Part shown: positions 49,493 to 56,506 of the stretch, piece after piece
How the letters are laid out: every line of letters begins with the position of its first letter
How positions within the stretch are numbered: the stretch's first letter is position 1
Assembly: GCA_015059065.1 (NCBI GenBank)
Contig: SVBE01000001.1
Coordinates: forward strand, 133,905-197,904
Length of the DNA: 64,000 nucleotides
DNA from: Erysipelotrichaceae bacterium
GTDB taxonomy: Bacteria > Bacillota_I > Bacilli_A > RFN20 > CAG-826
Reading direction: 5' to 3'
Translations under genes and position numbers: made by a program
Notes under the pieces: model-generated
Databases searched by the model: none
Seen by the model: the letters and a program-made list of their open reading frames with translations, nothing else
Told to the model about the DNA's origin: nothing

Positions 49493-50983
49493 ATGGCTAA
49501 TAGTGATTTAACAATACGTTTTACCGATGAGAAATACGCTTCGAAAAGCGAAGTGATGAAGGAATTAGGCACTTCCTTAGTGGACAATATCTGGTCCAAC
49601 ATTTTAGCGTATCGTCGTTCCCATTATTTGAAGACTACTTTAAAATGTCTCGACTTCAGCGATCTTCTCTTATATAGAGGAGAGGGTATCGCTAGTCTCA
49701 TTTCCTCCTTTGAAGAAAAATTATCTCATTATATCTCTGAATGTGAAATATTTAGCGATGATGATAAACTATTTGAACAGTTCAAACTCAATAGCAACGC
49801 CAATCTCATCTCCTATTTATCTAGTTTTCATAAACAAGAGAAAAGCGAAGCCCTTTCTCGTGAATTGGTGAAAGGCACATTAAGACCAAATAATGAGATT
49901 GATGAATTCTTGCTTAGATATAAATCTACTTTAGACTCCCTTTCCGTATTTGAAATCAACGAAGAATTTATTCTTCGTCTTCACGATAATTTAGTGGGTA
50001 AATCTGAAGGATATCGTCAGTCAGATGATAATTCGATTAATAACCGCGTCCTCATCGATCGCTTATATAGCAGCTCTAAAGCCGCTTATATCCCTATGTT
50101 TATGGGCCAACTCATCAGCTTTATTCGTAACAGCGAACTTCCATTTGTCTATAAAGGCATTATCGCATGTTATTACCTTAACTTAGTTAAACCGTTTAAT
50201 AATTATAATGAAGAAGTATCTTTGCTCTTATTAAAGGCCATTCTTATGAATGAAGGTGTGGGACCTCTTATCAAGATTGTCCCATTAGAAAAGGTATTAA
50301 GCTTACCAACTGAACAATTAAGCAAAATGCTTAATGATTCTCAAAGATATTCTGATGTCACCTATTTCCTATATCATTCTCTCCATAGCTTCAACTTAGG
50401 AGTTGAGGAGATCAGCGATTATCTCGCTTTATATAAAGGAACGATTCTTAGAGAAGAAACATATCAGGAAGATGAAGTTCTTCAAGATGATTTACTTCAA
50501 GAACCTGAAGAATCTGTCATTCAAGCTGAAGAGCCTGTCCCAATGACTGTGCAAACTGAATTACCTCTATTTACTGTTAATGAACCTCTTAAAGAAGAAA
50601 AACCGGTTGAAATGAAAAAAGAGGAACCCGTTAAACCAGTCATTAAGAAAGAAAAGAAGGCCAAACCAGCCAATGAGGATTTGCAACCTACATATACTGG
50701 TATTGCTATTAACGTAATCACTCCCGAACTCGATGAAAAAGAAGCCTTAAAACTTGAGAAACAACTTCTTGAACTCGACCCATTATTACGTAAGGGAGAG
50801 GCAAAATTCTATGCGCGTCACTGCGTGCTTGGAAGAAACTATACAATCCAACAATTTAAGAAAACTAATCACTGCGCGTATGAAACTGCTAGAACTGGAA
50901 TGGATCATCTAGTAGAATTAGGTTATTACCGTAAAGGTGCGATTAAGAATAAATTCATCTACACACCAATTCCTAGGAGGTAA
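49493..50983 (+). CDS. Fic-fold-like protein with a degenerate active-site motif, a Pro/Glu/Lys-rich linker and a C-terminal winged-helix-like domain
   Basis: KPFNNYNEEVSLLLL occupies the place of HPFxxGNGRxxR. The C-terminus is TARTGMDHLVELGYYRK. Confidence 0.5.
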   Translation: MANSDLTIRFTDEKYASKSEVMKELGTSLVDNIWSNILAYRRSHYLKTTLKCLDFSDLLLYRGEGIASLISSFEEKLSHYISECEIFSDDDKLFEQFKLNSNANLISYLSSFHKQEKSEALSRELVKGTLRPNNEIDEFLLRYKSTLDSLSVFEINEEFILRLHDNLVGKSEGYRQSDDNSINNRVLIDRLYSSSKAAYIPMFMGQLISFIRNSELPFVYKGIIACYYLNLVKPFNNYNEEVSLLLLKAILMNEGVGPLIKIVPLEKVLSLPTEQLSKMLNDSQRYSDVTYFLYHSLHSFNLGVEEISDYLALYKGTILREETYQEDEVLQDDLLQEPEESVIQAEEPVPMTVQTELPLFTVNEPLKEEKPVEMKKEEPVKPVIKKEKKAKPANEDLQPTYTGIAINVITPELDEKEALKLEKQLLELDPLLRKGEAKFYARHCVLGRNYTIQQFKKTNHCAYETARTGMDHLVELGYYRKGAIKNKFIYTPIPRR

Positions 50984-50988
50984 AGAAA

Positions 50989-51228
50989 ATGGTATTTGCA
51001 AGCTATGCTGGACAAGCATTCATGATTCTTGGAATCATCCTCGGGGTTTTCGCGGTTATCGCTCTCCTCGCTTTTGCGATTTACCGCTTATCCCATCCAA
51101 AGCTTAAACAGGATGATAAACCTGAGGAATCACAGATTGTTAATGAAGAGCTTAATCGAATCTTAAAACCTATTGATGATGATGAACTCGCCAAAAAGGT
51201 CAACGAATACGAAGATAAGGATGAATAA
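50989..51228 (+). CDS. Small single-pass membrane protein with an acidic tail
   Basis: A 79-aa ORF with the TM helix FMILGIILGVFAVIALLAFAIY. It is tightly packed between neighbouring genes. Confidence 0.5.
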   Translation: MVFASYAGQAFMILGIILGVFAVIALLAFAIYRLSHPKLKQDDKPEESQIVNEELNRILKPIDDDELAKKVNEYEDKDE

Positions 51229-52315
51229 ACCAACTTCTTTATACATTCACATCCCTTTTTGTGAACATATCTGTTCTTACTGCGATTTTCCAAAATTGCA
51301 GTATTTTTCTACTTTTTCAAATAAATATTTGAAGAGATTAAAAGAAGAACTTGATTCTTATCATATTAACGAGCAATTAGAAACTATCTATGTCGGTGGT
51401 GGCACGCCAAGTGCTTTACCTTTTGACGAATTAAAACAGTTATTAGAGATAATTAAACCTTATTCAAGTGGAGTTATAGAATATACTTTTGAAGCTAATC
51501 CTGAATCATTATCCTTAGATAAAATCAAATTATTGAAAAGCTATGGGGTGAACCGCATCTCTTTAGGTATGCAGTCCACGCAAGAGAAATATTTAAAAGT
51601 GATGAATAGACATCATTCATTTTTTGATGTGAGAAAGGTGGTTGATAATCTAGTTGATGAAGGAATAGATAATATCAATGTCGATTTAATCCTTGGCTTG
51701 CCAAATATGAATTTAAAGGATTTAAAGGCCGATTTAGACAATGTTTTAACTCTTCCGATAAAACACCTTAGCTGCTACTCTTTGACCGTTTCTCCGCATA
51801 CTGCTTTCTATATAAACGGCATTAAGCCTCAAGAAGATGATGTGATGAGAGAATATTATGATTTCGTGCATTATTATCTATTAGATAAAGACTTTATTCA
51901 TTACGAGGTTTCTAACTGGGCTAAAGAAGGCTATATGAGCAAACATAATCTCACATATTGGAAAAACGAACAATATTATGGAGTGGGCTTAGGAGCCTCC
52001 GGCTATATCGGTAATATTAGATACACGAATACAAAAAGCATTAATCAATATAATAACGGTCATAATGAAAAAGAAGAGGAAGTCGTGGACCTCCCTTCAC
52101 TTAAAACCTATATGATCATGACTAATCTCAGAACGATATATGGATTAGATTTAAATGAATATAAAGCATTATTTAATGAAGATTTATTGGCTGTAAAAGG
52201 CGTTGAAATCGCTTCATTAATCGGTAACAAATTAATTAAAATTGAAAATCATAGATTGATTCCAACTTATGAAGGGATGATGGTGCTCGATCAGCTCATC
52301 CTCGAATTATTATAA
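51221..52315 (+). CDS. hemW: Radical SAM heme chaperone HemW (HemN-like)
   Basis: LYIHIPFCEHICSYCDF is present and the gene follows lepA. The ATG at 51221 overlaps the preceding stop. Confidence 0.9.
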   Translation: MNKPTSLYIHIPFCEHICSYCDFPKLQYFSTFSNKYLKRLKEELDSYHINEQLETIYVGGGTPSALPFDELKQLLEIIKPYSSGVIEYTFEANPESLSLDKIKLLKSYGVNRISLGMQSTQEKYLKVMNRHHSFFDVRKVVDNLVDEGIDNINVDLILGLPNMNLKDLKADLDNVLTLPIKHLSCYSLTVSPHTAFYINGIKPQEDDVMREYYDFVHYYLLDKDFIHYEVSNWAKEGYMSKHNLTYWKNEQYYGVGLGASGYIGNIRYTNTKSINQYNNGHNEKEEEVVDLPSLKTYMIMTNLRTIYGLDLNEYKALFNEDLLAVKGVEIASLIGNKLIKIENHRLIPTYEGMMVLDQLILELL

Positions 52316-52338
52316 AAAAAAGAACCCGTAAGGGTTCT
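52313..52338. terminator. Hairpin AGAACCC-GTAA-GGGTTCT between convergent hemW and hsp20; the T8 run lies on the minus-strand side
   Basis: A 7-bp stem with a GTAA loop. The A8 run on the plus strand gives a U-tract for the hsp20 transcript. Confidence 0.7.
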
Positions 52339-52356
52339 TATAAAGGGGACTATGAA

Positions 52357-52755
52357 TTAGTCAATATTGATGTATTGAGGTTCTTCCTTGACTGGTTCAG
52401 TCTTTTTAATCGTGAGAGTTAAGACGCCTTTATCAAGTTTCGCGTTGATGTGATCGTATTTGACTTCATCACCGACATAATAGCTTCTTGCAAAGGAACC
52501 ATATTTTCTTTCACGATAGATGTATTTCTTCTCTTCTTCTGTCTTTTCATCAAATGATGCTTCAACTTTTAAGTAGCCATCTTCAAGTTTGAGTTTGATA
52601 TTTTCTTTTTCGACATTTGGAAGATTGATCTTCATTTCATATCTGTCATTATATTCGATAATATCTGTGTCCATTGAATGGGCGTAATCTTTCTTGTCAC
52701 TTGAGAGGAAGAAGTCGAAGAATGGGTTGAATGTAGTAATAACGTTGTTTTTCAT
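52357..52755 (-). CDS. Small heat-shock protein (Hsp20/alpha-crystallin family)
   Basis: It has an alpha-crystallin domain (DIIEYNDRYEMKINLPNVEKENIKLKLEDGYLKVEA .. GVLTLTIKK). Confidence 0.9.
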   Translation of the reverse strand: MKNNVITTFNPFFDFFLSSDKKDYAHSMDTDIIEYNDRYEMKINLPNVEKENIKLKLEDGYLKVEASFDEKTEEEKKYIYRERKYGSFARSYYVGDEVKYDHINAKLDKGVLTLTIKKTEPVKEEPQYINID

Positions 52756-52780
52756 AATTTAATTACCTCCTGAATTACTT

Positions 52781-52807
52781 TTAGCACTCATTCGCTTTGA
52801 TTGCTAA
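52781..52807. promoter_or_regulatory. CIRCE operator (TTAGCACTC-N9-GATTGCTAA), promoter-proximal to hsp20
   Basis: It differs at one position from the consensus TTAGCACTC-N9-GAGTGCTAA. Confidence 0.8.
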
Positions 52808-52814
52808 CACCTAT

Positions 52815-52842
52815 ATTGTATCATTTATTAGCACTCTGTCAA
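52815..52842 (-). promoter_or_regulatory. Putative hsp20 promoter (-35 TTGACA, 16-nt spacer, -10 TACAAT)
   Basis: Read on the minus strand. The -35 lies inside the distal CIRCE spacer. Confidence 0.55.
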
Positions 52843-52854
52843 GTAGTTTGCTAA
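52828..52854. promoter_or_regulatory. CIRCE operator (TTAGCACTC-N9-GTTTGCTAA) overlapping the hsp20 -35
   Basis: It differs at two positions from the consensus. Confidence 0.75.
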
Positions 52855-52928
52855 AAATATTTAATACATAGTATAAAGTATTGAAAATCACAAAAATATT
52901 TATAAAAATGCTTTAAAATTTAGTCGCA

Positions 52929-52987
52929 ATTAAAACCCTCCTACATTTGTAAGAGGGCATATAAATTAATAATAAGGATAATAATAC
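52929..52987. repeat. Direct repeat DR-L (~58 nt); includes a minus-strand terminator hairpin (about 52932-52957) serving the XRE gene
   Basis: Sequence: ATTAAAACCCTCCTACATTTGTAAGAGGGCATATAAATTAATAATAAGGATAATAAT. It matches 56448-56506 with 2 substitutions and a 1-nt indel. Confidence 0.85.
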
Positions 52988-52992
52988 AAACG

Positions 52993-53208
52993 TTATTTTT
53001 TATATTTCTGAATGATAATATTTAAATCATTGATGATGTTATCAACCGTGGTATCGTTATTTTCGAAAAATAAAGAATTGCCAAGTAAATCATCAATTGA
53101 GGTATTTAATATTCGTGATATATTTTTCAAAGTATCAAAAGACGGTTCGGTATCACCATTCTCATAATTAATATAACTTTGCCTTGAAACGTTCAGTTTG
53201 TCTGCCAT
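52993..53208 (-). CDS. XRE-family HTH regulator; the ATG-defined ORF lacks helix 1 and part of helix 2, and the frame continues upstream with no canonical start
   Basis: The ORF gives MADKLNVSRQSYINYENGDTEPSFDTLKNISRILN. In frame upstream is ..IKKYRKAKNITQEE, with no ATG, GTG or TTG before the stop at about 53299. Confidence 0.7.
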   Translation of the reverse strand: MADKLNVSRQSYINYENGDTEPSFDTLKNISRILNTSIDDLLGNSLFFENNDTTVDNIINDLNIIIQKYKK

Positions 53209-53260
53209 TTCTTCTTGTGTGATGTTCTTTGCTTTGCGATATTTTTTTATATTATTTTCC

Positions 53261-53288
53261 TTACAAAAAGTGTAAAGAAAATCTTTAC
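53261..53288. promoter_or_regulatory. Operator-like cluster O1: TTACA-N5-TGTAA overlapping GTAAAGA-N3-TCTTTAC
   Basis: Perfect inverted repeats, read directly, lie between the XRE gene and the collagen-like gene. Confidence 0.45.
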
Positions 53289-53305
53289 TAATTTTTACTT
53301 AAAAA

Positions 53306-53334
53306 TTGAAATGTCAAATAAATTTAGATATTAT
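53306..53334 (+). promoter_or_regulatory. Putative promoter of the collagen-like gene (-35 TTGAAA, 17-nt spacer, -10 TATTAT)
   Basis: Read directly. It lies 47 nt upstream of the ATG. Confidence 0.4.
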
Positions 53335-53342
53335 TTTACTAT

Positions 53343-53364
53343 AGTGTAAAGAATATATTTACAT
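53343..53364. promoter_or_regulatory. Operator-like site O2: AGTGTAAAGAA..TGTAAA-N7-TTTACA, just downstream of the putative -10
   Basis: The 11-mer AGTGTAAAGAA also occurs in O1, 74 nt upstream. Confidence 0.45.
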
Positions 53365-53380
53365 AGAATGGAGACTATAT

Positions 53381-56116
53381 ATGAAAATAAATAAATTTTT
53401 AGGTTTATCTATTTCGCTTTTGTTATCTATTGGATTATCTTCTTGTGTAACTAAAGATCAAGCTGCATCACAAGGCCCAAAAGGCGATAAAGGTGATCAA
53501 GGTGAAACTGGTCCAGCAGGTCCTGCAGGTGCAGATGGTCTGCCAGGCACTGATGGTGCTACTTGGATATCAGATGATCAAGCACCAACAAGAGCTGATG
53601 GCAAAGACGGTGATTTTTATTTAGATACTACAACTTATAACATATATTTAAAAAATAATGGTTCGTGGTCTAAAATTGGGAATATTAAAGGTGAAGATGG
53701 TTCAACCCCAACAATTGGAATTAGTGATGGTGGATATTGGATTATAGATGGATATACAACAACTGTTAAAGCTATTGGGGAAGACGGTTCCACTCCAGTC
53801 GTTACTATTGGTAATAATGGTAATTGGTTTATTGATGGCGTCGATACAAATAAAAAAGCTCAAGGCCCACAAGGTATAAAAGGTGAAGATGGTGTCGATG
53901 GCAAAGATGGTAAGAATGGTAAAGATGGAGCAGATGGCCAGCCTGGCAAAGATGGCAAAGACGGCAAAGACGGCGCTCCTGGAGCTGACGGAGAAGATGG
54001 TGCTCCTGGTCAAGACGGAAAATCTGCGTTTGAAATCGCTGTTGAGAATGGATATGTTGGTACCGAGGAACAATGGCTCGCAACTTTGAAAGGCGAAGAT
54101 GGCGAAGATGGCAAAGACGGATCTAATGGTCTTCCAGGTACAAATGGATCTACTTGGTTAACAGGAAATGGCCAGCCTTTAGACGATAGCGGTAAGAACG
54201 AAGATTTATATTTGGATTTAGAAACATATGATTTATATATAAAATCAAACGATAATTGGAACCCTGTTGGTAATATCAAAGGCGCAACCGGAGAGAAAGG
54301 ACATGATGCTGATACATATGGCATAACGTATACAGTGTCCTTTGATTCAAACGGTGGTGAACTAATTGATAGCGAAGACACTGTCGAAGCTAAATATGGC
54401 GAAAAAATAGATTTACCGCTAGTAGAAAGGGATGGCTTCATCTTCACAGGGTGGTTTACAGGTTTTGGCATCAATGATGGTAAATTCTCTAATTCTAACT
54501 CTGTTACTTCTGATATGGTGCTTTATGCTGGTTGGGAAGCGGAAGATATTTATTCCATTTATTACCATAGCAATGGCGGAACAAATGTAGAAACATCTAA
54601 GATTGCAAACAAAACATCAGTAAATGAACTTCCTTCACCACTTAAAATGGATTGTGCATTTGCAGGGTGGTATTATGATGAAGAACTAAACAATAGAGTT
54701 TCATATCCATTTGTTATGTCTAATGATTTAGATTTGTACGCAAAATGGGAAACAGCATATTATCAGTTGTCTTATGATACTGTTGGAGGGGATGAAATTG
54801 AGTCCGATGTGTTTATCGCTGGAGCTGAAGTGAATGAACTTCCAACCCCAAGTAAACTCTACAAAGCTTTTTCTGCTTGGTATTTTGACTCTGGCTATAC
54901 TAAATTAGCAACCATTCCATTTGAAATGCACGAAAACACGACTCTTTACGCAAAATGGAATAACACAAATAGCACCATTTCCTTTAACACTAATGGTGGT
55001 AACGAAATCAGTGATTCTCCTGAGATTACTGGCTCATATGTAACACAACTTCCAACCCCAACTAAAGATTCATATTCATTCTTAGGATGGTTTACCGATC
55101 CTCAACTTAATTCTCCTGTTGAACTCCCATATTTGGTTACAGGAGACCAAACATTCTATGCAAAATGGTCTTATGTTGACCCATATCCTGGATACACAAG
55201 AATTTCAACGTTCAATCAGTTGAAGGCAATAAGTAATATGTCTGGAAAATATGTTTTAACCCAAGATATTGATTGTTTAGGTGGAACAATAACGACTATT
55301 GGCACTGAGAAAAATCCATTTAAAGGAATATTTGATGGTGCTGGCCATACAATATCTAACATTTTAATAAATGCGAATGGCTCAGATTTAAAGAACTATG
55401 GTTTATTTGCTTACAATAATGGAACCATTAAAAATGTTAAGATAGATAATGGAATTATATCTTTAAACAATCCAGCAGATGCTTCAGAAGATACATATAG
55501 GATTGTAAATGTTGGAGTTGTTGGAACTAATACCGGATCATTATCTTGCATTTCTTCTAATCTTTCTATTACAGTTTCAAGTAATTACTATAACTATAGA
55601 CATTATGTTGGCGGTATTGCTGGCCAAAATATTTCAGGTGGTAATATTAATAACTGTATCTTTACTGGCTCTATTAATTCCACAGTCGGTGGAACTAATC
55701 AAGGATATTATCGACATTATGTTGGCGGTATTTGTGGCTACCAAGATAATTCTTCGGTTGCAAAATGTGTTTATGCTGGTTCAATGACAGCAGAGATGCT
55801 TTATAATGATACATTATATAGTACAAGAAGTTACATTTCTGGCATTGCTAATGGTGGTACTGTTATGGATTCTGTAGCATTAAAGAGCTTTACACAAACT
55901 AGATTTAAGAATGCTGATGCTGTTTCTTGTTCTGGCATTGTGACAGGTGGTTATAAGTATAGTGGAATTAGTCAAGAAACAACTACAGGTCAATCAGCTT
56001 CATTGTCTCAAATCAATTCTGCCTTATTCTATACAGGAGTACTAAAATTTGATTCCGAGATTTGGGACTGCGCTAGTTTGAATTATAACAGTGGGAAATA
56101 TGTTTCCCTCATCTAG
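53381..56116 (+). CDS. Surface lipoprotein with collagen-like Gly-X-Y tracts, four Listeria-Bacteroides (Flg_new-type) repeats and a C-terminal GLUG-motif domain
   Basis: The lipobox is GLSSC. Gly-X-Y runs include GPKGDKGDQGETGPAGPAG and GKDGKNGKDGADGQPGKDGKDG. There are four repeats of the YxVxFxxNGG..GWF/GWY type. YVGGIAGQN and YVGGICGYQ are also present. Confidence 0.85.
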   Translation: MKINKFLGLSISLLLSIGLSSCVTKDQAASQGPKGDKGDQGETGPAGPAGADGLPGTDGATWISDDQAPTRADGKDGDFYLDTTTYNIYLKNNGSWSKIGNIKGEDGSTPTIGISDGGYWIIDGYTTTVKAIGEDGSTPVVTIGNNGNWFIDGVDTNKKAQGPQGIKGEDGVDGKDGKNGKDGADGQPGKDGKDGKDGAPGADGEDGAPGQDGKSAFEIAVENGYVGTEEQWLATLKGEDGEDGKDGSNGLPGTNGSTWLTGNGQPLDDSGKNEDLYLDLETYDLYIKSNDNWNPVGNIKGATGEKGHDADTYGITYTVSFDSNGGELIDSEDTVEAKYGEKIDLPLVERDGFIFTGWFTGFGINDGKFSNSNSVTSDMVLYAGWEAEDIYSIYYHSNGGTNVETSKIANKTSVNELPSPLKMDCAFAGWYYDEELNNRVSYPFVMSNDLDLYAKWETAYYQLSYDTVGGDEIESDVFIAGAEVNELPTPSKLYKAFSAWYFDSGYTKLATIPFEMHENTTLYAKWNNTNSTISFNTNGGNEISDSPEITGSYVTQLPTPTKDSYSFLGWFTDPQLNSPVELPYLVTGDQTFYAKWSYVDPYPGYTRISTFNQLKAISNMSGKYVLTQDIDCLGGTITTIGTEKNPFKGIFDGAGHTISNILINANGSDLKNYGLFAYNNGTIKNVKIDNGIISLNNPADASEDTYRIVNVGVVGTNTGSLSCISSNLSITVSSNYYNYRHYVGGIAGQNISGGNINNCIFTGSINSTVGGTNQGYYRHYVGGICGYQDNSSVAKCVYAGSMTAEMLYNDTLYSTRSYISGIANGGTVMDSVALKSFTQTRFKNADAVSCSGIVTGGYKYSGISQETTTGQSASLSQINSALFYTGVLKFDSEIWDCASLNYNSGKYVSLI

Positions 56117-56133
56117 AAAGGAGAAGTCATTTT

Positions 56134-56277
56134 ATGCCCGACAAAGATAAAAAACAGCCTTCGGATAACTATACTCAATGCTCTGAATGTGGTAAGCCAT
56201 TAGATAAGAGCAACGAATCCAATGATGGTGGTGTCTGCAATGATTGCTATAATAGCGATTCATATAAAGACAAATAA
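56134..56277 (+). CDS. 47-aa zinc-ribbon-like small protein (CxxC-N15-CxxC); below the ORF-track size cutoff
   Basis: AAAGGAGAAG lies 8 nt upstream of the ATG. The product is MPDKDKKQPSDNYTQCSECGKPLDKSNESNDGGVCNDCYNSDSYKDK. A terminator follows. Confidence 0.5.
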   Translation: MPDKDKKQPSDNYTQCSECGKPLDKSNESNDGGVCNDCYNSDSYKDK

Positions 56278-56304
56278 GTAATAGATAAACATAATATAAA
56301 AGCG

Positions 56305-56327
56305 AGGAGACTATGTCTCCTTTTGCT
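56305..56327 (+). terminator. Rho-independent terminator after the small ORF
   Basis: AGGAGAC-TAT-GTCTCCT followed by TTTGCTT. Confidence 0.6.
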
Positions 56328-56447
56328 TAGTTCTATGTGGAAAAATGGGTGTTTATGAGAAAATCCATCATAACCTCTACAGAATCAATTAAGAAAAGGC
56401 AGAAGAAATCTTTTCCAATTTATTAAAGATTCAGAAGATATTTAAAT

Positions 56448-56506
56448 ATTAAAACCCTCCTACATGTGTAAGAGGGCATATAAATTAATAATTAAGCATA
56501 ATAATT
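56448..56506. repeat. Direct repeat DR-R (~58 nt); includes the minus-strand terminator hairpin (about 56451-56476) of the amylase gene
   Basis: Sequence: ATTAAAACCCTCCTACATGTGTAAGAGGGCATATAAATTAATAATTAAGCATAATAAT. It abuts the amylase stop codon. Confidence 0.85.

Noticed and set aside
53470-54310. Short tandem nucleotide repeats that could be mistaken for a CRISPR-like or satellite array.
   Set aside because: The period is 9 nt or a multiple of it, and it lies inside a continuous reading frame encoding Gly-X-Y. There is no repeat-spacer architecture.
53702-54474. Several overlapping ORFs on both strands within the collagen-like region (53702-54073, 53829-54083, 53883-54089, 54010-54474).
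   Set aside because: They are artefacts of the GAT-GGC-AAA-type coding repeats, which stay open in several frames. Only the frame giving Gly-X-Y plus a lipobox and downstream domains is coherent.
56335-56430. Very short ORFs (7-29 codons) in the non-coding stretch between the zinc-ribbon ORF terminator and DR-R. They could be remnants of a lost island gene.
   Set aside because: I found no recognisable motif, no SD and no way to test homology by eye. The stretch is left unannotated.
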